The notes beneath the pieces are model-generated. The model saw only the letters and a list, made by a program, of their open reading frames with translations. It was not told the origin of the DNA and ran no database searches. The position numbers and the translations under genes were made by a program. Shown here piece after piece: positions 1-12,301 of a DNA stretch of 64,000 nucleotides (positions are counted from its first letter, which is position 1; each line of letters begins with the position of its first letter). The DNA is from Phaeosaccion multiseriatum (taxonomy: Eukaryota; Protista; Ochrophyta, other classes). The stretch is from positions 1,364,001 to 1,428,000 of the forward strand of contig OZ218954.1 of assembly GCA_965112735.1 (NCBI GenBank), in the 5' to 3' direction.

Positions 1-290
1 GTCAGGACAGTTGGTGGGTGTAGTATGTCCATTGGTGGGTGTCAGGACAGTTGGTGGGTGTAGTATGTCCATGGGTGGGTGTCAGGACAGTTGGTGGGTG
101 TAGTATGTCAATGGGTGGGTGTCAGGACAGTTGGTGGGTGTAGTATGTCAATGGGTGGGTGTCAGGACAGTTGGTGGGTGTAGTATGTCCATGGGTGGGT
201 GTCAGGACAGTTGGTGGGTGTAGTATGTCAATGGGTGGGTGTCAGGACAGTTGGTGGGTGTAGTATGTCCATGGGTGGGTGTCAGGACAG
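1..290. repeat. 40-bp tandem minisatellite (~7 copies) in an ABCG intron
   Basis: Unit gtcaggacagttggtgggtgtagtatgtc(c/a)atgggtgggt repeats from base 1 and decays after ~290. Confidence 0.95.
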
Positions 291-524
291 AAAGAGAGGG
301 CGTCAGGACAGCGAGTGGGTGTCAGAACGTCAGGACAAGGGGATGGGTGGGTATCAGGACCAGTAGTGGATGGGTGGGTGGGTGTCAGGACAGAGGGTGG
401 GTGGATGTCAGGACAGTGGGGGTTCGGACAATCGGTGGGTGGGTGGGCGCGCGTGTGAGGTCGGTGGGTGGATGGTCGTGGATCCACCCTCCTCTCCCAT
501 GTACCTTATCGTATGTAATCTTAC

Positions 525-660
525 ATGAGATCTTCCATCTGCTCGAAGACCTGCCCGCTCGGTTGGTGAATCGTCATGATGCACACCACAGACTGAGAAG
601 GGGGAGGAGTATAATGATGGTGATGAATGAAGGGCATGGTGATAATGGTGGTGATGGTAG

Positions 661-715
<55 letters not shown>

Positions 716-2098
716 AATGATGAGGAGGAGGAGGAGGAGGAGGAGAATGAATGCATACATGGCGAGGTTAGAGGAGGGCGTGCGTCAGTGTGTGAGTGCG
801 TGAGGGTGTGACTCATTGAGAGCGAGAGAGATAGGAAGAGCGCGGCGACGTCTAGTCGAGAGGTACTCTGTAACCAACTGCACTGCTCCAACCTTACCGA
901 TTGGCGAACAATCTTGGTAATGTATTTGACGAGCGCGAGGGCGGCGGAAGAGTCCAGGCCTGTGGTGCACTCATCCAGGAACAGCACGACAGGCTGACTT
1001 GCCATGCCCAGTCCTATGGACACACGCTTACGCTCTCCACCGCTCAGATCCCCCACTTGCTCATTGGCCTGCGCCAGAGGGGGAGAGAGGGAGGGAAGGA
1101 GGAGAGAGAAGAAGGCAGTCAGTCAATCAGTCAAGCCTGTCTGTCAGTGCGTCAGTGAGTCAGTGACAGCTCCACCCAGCTCTGCGCGGCTCTTCCCTCC
1201 CCCCTCCCCACCCCTCCCTCTCCCTTCCCTCTCCCACTCCTCTCCCACCCCTCTCCCACCCCTCTCCCGCGGCCTTACCTTCCAGCTGAGCCCCAGGGTG
1301 CCGATGAGCTCGCTCACGTGCCTTGCCCTGTGCTGAGGCTTCATGTGAGGAACTTTCATGCTTGACATGTACAAGAGAGACTCGCGCACTGTCATGAACA
1401 GGTTCTGAGGACATGCGTTAGGGGGTGTGGCCATACGTTAGGGGGGTTAACCGTACGTAAGACCGTACGTAAGGGGGAACAATTCTAGCCTGGGGGGTAA
1501 CCCTCGCTTCCTCATATGCCCTCCCCCCCCCCTTTCCCTCTCTCTCTCCCCTCTCTGTCAGCGCTTGCGTATCATCAAGGGCGTCGAATTGGGGCACATT
1601 GCCAATGGACTCCATGGGCCTTTTGGGCCAATTGGGCCTATTATTATCAACAGGTGATGACATCAAAAATACTGAGGCCAATACACTTGAAACTCAAACT
1701 AGTGGTGGTACTCACAAGGTCGTCGAACTGGGGCACATAGTAAATGTCCTCGGGCTCCATCGGCCTATCCCCGAGGGTGATGCTTCCTTCGAGCTGTGCG
1801 TACACCGCCCGACCCGACAGGGCATTTAGCAGCCTACGGGTGGGTGGGTGGGTGCGTGCGTGCGTGTGTGGGTGAGGTGCGCGGGCGCATGTGGGTGGGT
1901 GCGTGTGGGGTGAGTGTGTGGGTGTGTGGGTGGGTGTGTGGGTGGGTGTGTGGGTGTGTGTGTGGGTGGGTGTGTGGGTTTGAGGTAGACGTGGGTGCGT
2001 ATGTGCTTCTTTGCTGACTTACGTTGTCTTTCCTGCTCCGGAAGGGCCCATGAGCTGCGAGTGTGCGTACATGAATACATGGAGACAGACACACAGAC

Positions 2099-2159
<61 letters not shown>

Positions 2160-2218
2160 CACAGACAGACAGACAGACAGGCAGACAGACAGACAGATAG
2201 CCAGACAGATAGACAGAC

Positions 2219-2257
<39 letters not shown>

Positions 2258-2345
2258 TAGACAGACAGACAGACAGACAAGACAGACGGAGAGACAGACA
2301 GATACAGGTACAGAGACAGACAGGCAGACAGAAAGACAGACAGAT

Positions 2346-2377
<32 letters not shown>

Positions 2378-2465
2378 GGACGGACAGACAATGCAGATAG
2401 ACAGCAGCGAGTAGGGAGAGGGAGAGTGAGAGAGGGAGAGGGAGAGCGAGAGAGAGAGCGAGAGC

Positions 2466-2500
<35 letters not shown>

Positions 2501-3536
2501 AGAGCGCGAGAGCGAGAAGGCAGAGGGAGGGGAAGGGGGGGGTGTTTGCTCAGCACAATACCCCCCTGATCTCTCTCACACACATACACACGCACGCACA
2601 CAACCACACACATGCACGCACACGCGCACACACGTACACGCGCACACACACATACACACACTCACACACACGCACACACACACTGAGACACTCGTGGCTA
2701 CCTCTTACCGCTAGAGTTCGTCCTGCGCTCGCATACCCTGTGACGTGGTCAATGAGAACCTTCCCATTGGGCAGCGACAAGGTGATGTCTCTCCATACTA
2801 GACAGGTCTTGGACTCTGGCGACGGGGGGATTCCAACACGACAAGGGAGGACGGGGGTGGGTGATGAGGTGAGAGGGGGTGGAGGGGGTGACGCTTTAAG
2901 GGAGGAAAGAGCATTGAGACTGGTGGTGGTTTATAGAGAAGATAGATGGAGGGATAGAGAGACATGGAAGGACAGAGAAAGGACAGAAACAACAGAGCGT
3001 AACACACAGAGACGACTCAAAAGACCAGAAAACAAAAGCAGCAGCACCAAGTACTCCACCCACCCATTGACTTGTATTCCCCATCCACCCACTGATCTAC
3101 TATTCCCCACCCACCCACTGACTCATGAATCCCCCCACGCACCTGGTGCTACTGTCTCCTGTGGGGTGATGCCTGTAGTGCTCATCCTTGCATGCTCTCT
3201 CTGAGCGTCGGCCGCAGCTGCCACTGCGTCGTCGAAGCTGTTGCGATAGTCTGTGGGAGGGAGGGAGGGAGGGGGGCGGGGAGGGAGGGAGGGAGGGAGG
3301 GAGGGAGGAAAGGAGGGACGGAGGAGGGAGGGAGGGGGGGAGGGATGGAGGGGGGGAGGGAGGGAGGGGGGGAGGGAGGGAGGGTGGGGGGGACCGCAGC
3401 ATGTGGAGAGAGAAAGGCGGTCGATGCTGAGGATGCGTTCGACATATCGATATATCCGTCCCAGCTTCATCTCAAGCGGCACGTACGCACACAACCAACG
3501 CATACACGCACGCGCACACACACGCACGCACACGCA

Positions 3537-3584
<48 letters not shown>

Positions 3585-3764
3585 GGACTTCCTTTCTTCC
3601 GCCAGTACACGAACGAACCTCTACTTCCGCGGTTGGGCGACTCCGTAACACCTGCGCTCCCCTCCGGCCCCTCCCCCTCGCGAGGCGTTTCGCCGGCACT
3701 GTCCGCACTGTCTATACGCATCAAAGAACCGCCCAAGCCAGCCGCATCCCCCGCAGGAGTTGGT

Positions 3765-3811
<47 letters not shown>

Positions 3812-6800
3812 TGGTGGTACAGTAGGAGCAGCAACAGGAGTAGGAGTGGCGTCTTCGAGTCCGTCGCTCGGCACAATCCGTGGGTTGGCTGCGAGGTACC
3901 GCTCCCTCCCTGAGGGGGGCATCCGCTTGGACAGCATGGTCACCTCTCCTCGAAGTCGCTGTTGAGTACACGTAGACACACACAGGAGAAAGAAGAGTGA
4001 GGATGCGCCACAGGGGGTGACCCGAGACAGACTCCATCAGTTCCTCCCTCGCTCCCTCGCTCCCTCCCTTCCTCCTTCCTTCCCTTCCTCCCTCCCTCCG
4101 TCCCTCCACTCACCATGACCTCCATCTCAACGTCAAGTAGGGTAGTTTGGGTGCTGCTGGTGGCCCAATCTTTGACTCTCTGCACCACAGTGGATACGGG
4201 GCAGCGCAGCAGCAACAGAGACAGGAAGCGGAAACTCACAAACAGCACCGCGAGATAGCCCAGGAACTTGTAGCGAGAGCCTGAGAGTCCGCCTGCCGTA
4301 CTCGATATCGACAACGAAATGTGTGTCGAAGGGTTTGAATAAAGTTCGGTATTTCGGGCGATTTTCAGGGGGGCAAAGCAGCGAGAGAGAGAGAGAGGGG
4401 GGGGGGGGGGGGGGTAGAAGGCGGGGTCCAAAGGGGGAGAGGGAAGAGGGCAGATGGCAGCAGAGGGGAGGGTGAGGTTGGGGGCATGACATTTTTGATA
4501 AGGTTACATAAACTGAGAAGCAAAGTAACCAAAAAACCGGGCATGAGGAGGAGGAAGGGGGAGAGGGGATGGCGGAGGATGGTATGGTACCACTTGACAC
4601 GAAGAGCTCAAGAGAGGAAAGCCACGCCTGCATCCAATGCCACACAATTGCGGAGACTTGAATGGGAGGGGAGGGAGCTGCGGGAGGGGATCCTGTCCTC
4701 GCTGGGGTGGGTGGCGGCTATTTGCTGGGGCCTCCGAGAGTCTGTCTCGCATATGTGCATGCACGCACACACGCACGCACGCACGCACGCACGCACACAC
4801 CCACACACCCACACACGCATACACGCATACACGCACTGGCGGGGACGACAGAGCGCCCCTCTGCCTCTCTCCCCTCTCTCTGACCTGTGATTATCTCGAT
4901 AACCTCCAGGCCGGGGGTCGTGCATCCACTGCCATCTTCGGTGCAGGGGATTAGGTACGCGCCGGCGTCACACACCGTTCCAGTGGGGCTGCGAGGGGAT
5001 GGCAGTGGATGAGGGGAGGGGGAGGCAAGGGGGTGACTGAGTGGGTAGAAGGGAGGGAGGGCACAGGTACAGAGACACACACTCACACACACACACACTC
5101 TCTCTCTCTCACACACACATACACATACATACGCCCACAAACAACCACCACATCTCTCTTTGACGTGCAAAGTCTATTCCATTTCCAATCCCTGCAGCAC
5201 TTATACACAATTACGTAAGCCTTAAGTTGACTCCTCCTCCAAGGAGACGGACATGATATGATGCGATATACCTGCTGGCGTCGGCGGAGGAGGCCCCCTC
5301 AGGGCAAGAATAGTCAACATCTCTGTAGTCCCCCAGCAGTGCCGCTCGACTCGCCTGAGAGAAGAGCCCCAACTCACGCAGCCATCTGGGGGAGGAGAGA
5401 CGATGGCAGTGGATGGATAGATAAGGGTATGGGATGGAAGCAGATGGCAGTGGACGGATAGAGGATGGGCGAGGACGGCAGCGGATGGATAGAGGACGGC
5501 AAACGGATAGAGGAGGGGCAGAGGAGGAGAGTGGATGGCAGCGGATGGATAGAGGATGGTAATGGACGGATAGAGGAGGGGCAAAGAAGGAGAGATGATG
5601 GCAGTGGATGGATAGAGGATGGTAGTGGGTGGATAGAGGAGGGTAGCGAAGTGTGTACGGGGGGGTTGCAGTGGATGGATGGGGGATGGCAGTAGATGGA
5701 TATGGATAGAGGAAGGGCAGAGAAGGAGAGAGGATGGCAGTGGATGGAAGAGGATGGTAGTGGACGGATAGAGGACCGGTTCGGGGGGAGGGGGGAGGCT
5801 CTTGAGGCCTACGCCTACTACTTGACTCCTCTTTCACTACCTACCATACACCTAACCTTACGTACGCACCTCCAGTAGACTGGCACCCCGTCGAAGGGGA
5901 TAAAGATGCCACCGGCGAAGGCCGTGAAGATGACGAGTGCCGCCTGAAAGAGGAGTGAGATGGCAGTAGACAGGGGGATTGTGAAGTGGGATGGCAACAG
6001 ACAGGGATGTTGAAAGAGGAGTGAGATGGCAGTAGACAGGGGGATAGTGAAGTGGGGTGGCAACAGACGGGAGTGTTGCAGTGCCGCTGTGATATCCGCG
6101 CCTCTCCTTCTCTTCTCTCAAGTGGTAAGTAAGAAGGTGAGGGTTAGGCCGTGAGCGGCGATCGGTGAGTGGTGAGAGGTGAGCGGGGCCACAATTGGAC
6201 AGGGCCACCGTTTGTCCAGCACTCTCTCTGTTCCTCCATCTCTCTCTCTGTCCCTCCATATCTCTATTTCCATCCATCGATATCTCTCTCATCTCTCTCT
6301 CTGCCTCTCTCCCTCTATACCCATCCAGCTTTCTATCTCCCTATCTCTCACTGTCTCTCTGTCCCTCTGGCTCTGTGTGCCTCTGGCTCTGTGTGCCTGA
6401 GTGTCTCTCTCTCTCAAACTCTCTTATCTCTTTCTTTCTCTCTGTGGAGTCTTCAGCGTTCGGCCAGAATCGCGGCCCCGAAGCCTGGCCTGAAAACTCC
6501 CTCCGTCCCTCTCTCTCTTCGCGTCCCACCGCCTCACTGTATCACCAACTCCCCCACCACCTCACCTGTGCGACAACGATGGCGTAGCTGACACCAGAGG
6601 AGAGCTTCGTCACCACATTGAGCATCGCCTCAGCGGTAAGAGAAATCAGGTACGTCACCTTCAGAGACGAAATGTAGAGGCATATGGGTAGAGTACACAG
6701 GCAGGGAGGCAGGGAGGCAGGGAGGCAGGGAAAGGGAAAGCGGCACAGACAAGCAGAGGCATATGGGCAGACAGGACGGCACGTAGGAGGAGAGACAGAC

Positions 6801-7118
6801 AGCGGGGAGAGGGAGAAGATGTGAGTTTGCAGGCAGTGGGGGGCGTACGCAGGTCGGCAATGAGTTGCCTCTGTTTGCTTCCCTTTCTGGCCTAGCTCAG
6901 CTTTCTAGTCCTCTCTTAGCCTCGCTTAGTGTCCCAGCTCTGCTTACCAGGACGTGGAAGCCGAAGTTGGCACCGGGGAAGCGTCTGTTTGGGCAGGGGG
7001 CGAACAAACACGCACAGAGATGAGGCAGAGAGAGGCGTCCCGAGGGGAGGCAACCAAGGAGAGGGGGAGGAGACAAGAGAGGCCAGGACAGCGGTGAAGA
7101 GGTAAAGAGGGTGAGACA

Positions 7119-7155
<37 letters not shown>

Positions 7156-10100
7156 TATGTATACACACATAGGATGACGAAGAGACAAACAAACAGAGGA
7201 GATCGAGAGATAGTTTGTCTCCCCCCTCCCCCCTACTCTTACGCACATCATAAAGAAGGCGATGGCCTGCCCGGGTATGAAGAGCACGTGCGACAGCCCG
7301 GAAACCGTGAGGTCCGCCCAAAAGAAGGCAGCAGACGAGTACGAGCCGTTGGCGTGTTCGTGAGAGTAGCGCGTGTCGCTATTGAAGAGGTGCATCACTT
7401 TGAACACGTGTACGTAGGCGTTGAGCTGAGGGGAGGGGAAGGGGTGAGGGAGGGGGGGGGGGGGGGGGAGGGGTGGCGAGGGGTGCAATTTCAGCCGGGG
7501 TGGAGGAAAACTGCAAACTCATCAGTGTCCACCCCGTATTTTCCATGACGTACTACCACACTAGAACTACCACCGTATGCTTCCTACTTATGGACTCATA
7601 ACCTCACCCTTACGTACTACCCCAAATCCTTACATCTCACCATGAGCATCCACACGACGGAACCGGGTCCGTAGAGCAGGGTCTTGTCCATCACCCTCGG
7701 CACGTCCCAAAACAATACCCCAATGAGGAAACCGTAAACGAGATGAAGGGGTAGCTGAAGGTAGTAGAGGGTAGGGTCCCTCGTCGCAATCATTGCCTCT
7801 CGCTTGAGCAGCGTCCAGTACTGTCGAAAGAAGGATGTCTCCCGCTGCCCCGGGCCTCGGGGGTGGGAGGACGCCAGCAGATCATCATCATCATCACCAC
7901 CACCACCACCACCACCACCACCACCACCACCATCACCACCATCGCCACCCCGCTCCTCCAGATCGCCGTCGTCGTTGCGGCCGGCCCCCGTGACGTCTTC
8001 TCTTCTTCCTCTCCTTCTTCTGGTGTTGTTGAGCATGCCCAGTGCTAGTGCGGTGTCCCTGCCCCTCGCCAGTAAGTCATTGACGCTCTTGGCCAAGTCA
8101 CTTGTGGCATACAACACCTTGAAATCGGGCGTTGCTTGGTTGCCGTGCGGGATGGCGGAGAAAGTCTGGTCCGTCTCTGATAAGATGACATCTGTGGGGT
8201 TCTGACCAGCAGGAGGCACCACCCCAAAACAGCTGAAGTGAAAAATGGCCTCCGGGAGGGTACCGAAGAAGACGGAGCCGCCATCGCTGAGGAAAAGAAT
8301 GTAGTCGAAGCAGTTCGCTATGCGAATGGTGGGCTGATGGACTGACATCATGACACTGAAACTGCCGTGCGACTCCTCACACACTCGGGACATGGTCTCG
8401 GCAACGTCGAAGGCGGTGGTGCCGTCCAAGCCGGAGAGAGGCTCGTCGAGGAAAGCACACGCACTGTAGGAGGGGGGGAGGGAAGCAGGGGCTTAAGTAG
8501 ACACCAATAAGTCAACGTAGTCCTCCCCATGCCGCCTGCCACCCACCCACCCACACATATGCAATTCTTCGGTTGATTCCGGTAAGTCAATGCATTCCTC
8601 CCCATGCCGACCCGCCTACAGTTGTACCTGTTGCACATGATCTCTTGCCCCACCATGACGCGTCTCTTCTGACCGCCCGAGAGGCCCCTTTTGAGCACTG
8701 TACCAATGACATTGTCCCCCACCTCGGACAGGCCTAGTGTGTCAATCATGGCCTGGGCGTCGTCTGTGGAGGGGGGAGGGGGGGGGGGGGAGAGACGCAC
8801 ACGCACACACACGCACACACACACAATGTAAGACACCACCACACATGCATAATACAATTGCACCCTCACACGCACGTAGATAGAATCACATACGCACATC
8901 CTTCCCTTTGAAGTACTCTAGTACTACGTAGTACAAGACATCTTTAGACGTTACGTAGAAGTTATCTTGTTGCTGTTGATGCTATTAAGAGCGTAGGCAT
9001 ATCATTGTGTGTGTGTGTGTGTGTGTGTGCGGCGAAATGAATCCCCCTCCCTCACCTTCGCTCTTGGCATTCGACTGCTTCTTCCTCAAGCCGGCAGCGA
9101 CCTGCACAGGCAAGAGCGCCTTGACATGAGGGGGGACAGTAATAGACCTAGACGATCGCCCCTCCCCTCTCCCCTCTCCCTTCCCCTCCCCTCCCCTCCC
9201 CTCCCTCCCACGCCCACCCGCAATACAAAACGCACCAAGAAGGTCTCTCTGATGGTGAGGTCTCCAATGAGCACTACGGAATAAGTGGAAGGAGGGGAAG
9301 GAGGGGAAGGAGGGGAAGGAGGGGAAGGAGGGCAAGGAGGGGAAGGAGGGGAAGGAGGGGAAGGAGGGGAAGGAGAGGTATAAGCTCAAGCTCCAAGGTC
9401 GTCACAAGCAGTACGGGCCGTGTTGGTCGCAAACTGTTTTGATGACATCTATCTTTACTTACAGTCCTCTTGCGGCACAAAGCCGAAGCCGTTGGCAGAG
9501 CTCGTGGGGTTGATGTCTTCCCCGTCGAGGGTCACGTCTCCGGTGTACTGCAGCTGAGGCACGCGTCCGCAGAGGAATCTGGGAGGGTGGTGAATAGGGA
9601 TGGATGCATGTGGGCAGGGAGGGAGGGAGGGACGGAGGGGAGGAGGGACGGACGGACGGAGGGAGGGAGGGAGGGAGGGAGGGAGGGAGGGAGGGAGGAG
9701 AGGGAGGGAGGGAGGGAGGGAGGGAGGGAGGGAGGGAGGGAGGGAGGGAGGGAGGGAGGGAGGGAGGGAGGGAGGGAGGGAGGGAGGGAGGGAGGGAGGG
9801 AGGGAGGGAGGGAGGGAGGGAGGGAGGGAGGGAGGGAGGGAGGGAGGGAGGGAGGGAGGGAGGGAGGGAGGGAGGGAGGGAGGGAGGGAGGGAGGGAGGG
9901 AGGGAGGGAGGGAGGGAGGGAGGGAGGGAGGGAGGGAGGGAGGAAGGGAGGGAGGGAGGGAGGGAGGGAGGGAGGGAGGGAGGGAGGAAGGGAGGGAGGG
10001 AGCTTAAGGGTTGGGCCTGCCTTTGTTTTTTGGGGCATTCTTTGATTCGGTGGTGTGAACATGGGGCGAGGTGTGTGGGACGGGTGAGGTTATCTGAGGA

Positions 10101-10851
10101 GGGGGATCAAGGGCATGCAGGTATAGGGGGTAGTGCATGGGCAGGTAGGCAGACAGACGGGCAGGCAGGCAGGCACATGGGTAGGCAGACAGATGGGCAG
10201 GCAGGCATACAGACGGGTAGGCAGACAGATGGGTAGGCAGACAGTCGGGTAGACAAGCAGTACGTGGGCACTCTTGTCCTCTGCACACCCTCCTCCCCTC
10301 CTTGTCCAAGTTTGTTAATGTACGAATGAAAGGGAGGACACTCACTTCATCAGCAGCGACTTGCCCGACGAGGACGTGCCCATCACAGCCGTGATCCCCC
10401 CTGTACGTGGTACGATGCACAAGAGGGAGGGAGGGAGGGAGGGAGGGAGGGAGGGAGGGAGGAGAAAGAGAGAGAGGCAGAGATTACAATAAGGCAAAGC
10501 CGCGCTTCACTGCTTCCGCCGTGATGCAGTCAGATCGCAAGCCTGTTGCACTGCCTCCTCCCCCCCCGCCTCCCTCTCCTTCCGGCCGAGCGTGAGTCAT
10601 CTTCGAAGGGCCCCGTCCCTCTCACCCTTAGGCACAAACCCAGTGACATCCGTGAGAAGATGTGCGGGCGGGTTGAGCGTGCTGAGCGATAGCTGCCGGA
10701 AGCCCACGGCTACTGCGTCAGTCGTGACACCGTAGGTGCTGGGCTTGGTGTTAATCTGTTCCAGCTCCACCCGCATGGTGCCAGCATTGCTTGTTGCCGT
10801 TACGCTTTGAGCAGGGGGTGGGGCACGCCGGCCCTCGTCCTCCTCCTCCAT
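525..10851 (-). CDS. Full-size ABCG (White/PDR-type, NBD-TMD-NBD-...) transporter, multi-exon, 3' end beyond the left edge
   Basis: Spliced exons give NBD1 Walker A GTSSSGKS (~10345-10401), Q-loop GFVPQED, signature LSGGQKRR, Walker [12 protein letters not shown] and H-loop SVHQP. TMD1 follows ([10 protein letters not shown]...RDP; [12 protein letters not shown]). NBD2 has [11 protein letters not shown] (~2020-2058), [27 protein letters not shown] and TIHQP (exon 525-592). Confidence 0.93.
2082..2400. repeat. (GACA)n tetranucleotide microsatellite, intronic
   Basis: Direct inspection. Confidence 0.95.
5400..5775. repeat. Degenerate purine-rich minisatellite (gatggcagtggatggatagag-like units), intronic
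   Basis: Many imperfect copies of gatggcag(t/c)ggatggatagagga. Confidence 0.85.
9617..10001. repeat. (GGGA)n array (~380 bp), read as (TCCC)n on the ABCG sense strand upstream of a 3' splice site
   Basis: Near-perfect tetranucleotide repeat; acceptor at ~9579. Confidence 0.97.
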
Positions 10852-11478
10852 CTAACAGCTGGGACTCTCGGTCGTATAATTCTGCTGGAGAGGGGGGGCA
10901 CAGAGCAAAGAGGATAACGAAAACCAGGATTATCCAAAAGAAGGCGGAGCAGCTACTGCCTGTCTCCTGCAATACATCTCTGATTCTCGTCTGGTTGCTG
11001 CGACAAGGACTGTCAGGGGGAGGAAGACACACAAGGAAAGAAAGTGAAACGCCACTGCACACCCTTGCACACCTTTCCGTTTACAGCTCCCTGTCACCAA
11101 GTTAAGTATGGCTCTCCTAAGAAAGCCGTGTGCTCTATCAAAAGGGGAGTGCACCTATTCCTACTTCCCCTCCTCACCTTCTGTTTTCGTTTACTTTTCC
11201 AATCCGCCCATGTGGCAAGCTTTGCGGAGGCGGACTAGGCGGGGGTGCCGCAGATTTCAGTAAGTCAATAAAGATTCTTTCGGCCCTTCTTCTTTTTTCT
11301 TTTTTTCTTTTTTTTTTTTTTTTTTTCCTCCCCCGACCCTCGAGCAACCAACAGGCTGCTGCTGGCTGCGCAAATATCTGTACACGCTTGAATTTGCTGA
11401 TTTTGAGGGCGTGAGGGGAAAGAATGCATTCGCCATCGCGTCATGTGGCAGGAGGGCTCGCCAAAGTGAGCCGTGTGG

Positions 11479-11511
<33 letters not shown>

Positions 11512-11512
11512 C

Positions 11513-11552
<40 letters not shown>

Positions 11553-12301
11553 GTGTGTATGTGTGTGTTTGTGTGTTTGTGTTTGTGAGTGTGAGTGCTA
11601 GTGACATGAGAAACCTTAAAGGTGTGCGCCTCCCTCCCCCCTTCCATCCCCGGCGCGATGAGCCGCGGCTACTTCTTCCTTCCTTCTTTCTCTGTCCTGG
11701 GAGAGAGATACACAGCTGGCTTAGTTCGCATGATGGAATTCGTACGTGTGAGGGCTCCAAGCCCGGCAATGGGAGGACGGGAGGGGAGGAGGGCTTGCTT
11801 CCTTGGGCCAGACGGCGCCGCCTCGCTGGAGTCCCCCTGGGATCGCGTGGGAGGAAGGAGGATGGAGTATGGAAGGTAGGGAGAGCAAGCAGAGGGCCGG
11901 CAGCAGCAGGACAGAAGGACAGCGAAGCTTATCAGGGACCATCAGAAGGTCAGGAGGCCAGAGATCAGCGGGGAGGGTCGGAGGGAGGGGCAGCGAGAGG
12001 CAGCAAGCCAAGAGGAACGTTACAGAAGGAAGAAGGATGTGGGCGCGCGCGTTCTCTTACGTAAGGTTAGGATTTAATCCACCTCCTCCCCTTTCTCCTC
12101 TCTCTCCATCTCTCCTCTCCTTTTGACTCATTCAGGTCGTGTGTGGCTGCGTGCCGCTTTTGATTCTGCTCTGCTTTGCTTTCTGAATCCTGAGCTTGCG
12201 GAGAGGCACAAGGCGGACAAAGGGTGTTGAAGGAAATATTCACCTCTCACCCTTCAACACGAGAGCCCCTGCTTTGTGGCTTAGCGCCCGCAGACGATAC
12301 A

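Noticed and set aside
1-290. Regular 40-bp repeats as a possible CRISPR array
   Set aside because: Head-to-tail copies with no unique spacers, no cas genes, inside a eukaryotic intron.
9470-10236. Long ORFs such as (GGRE)n, (PSLP)n, (CV)n, (HT)n, (QTDR)n throughout the track
   Set aside because: Stop-free translations of intronic microsatellites, not genes.
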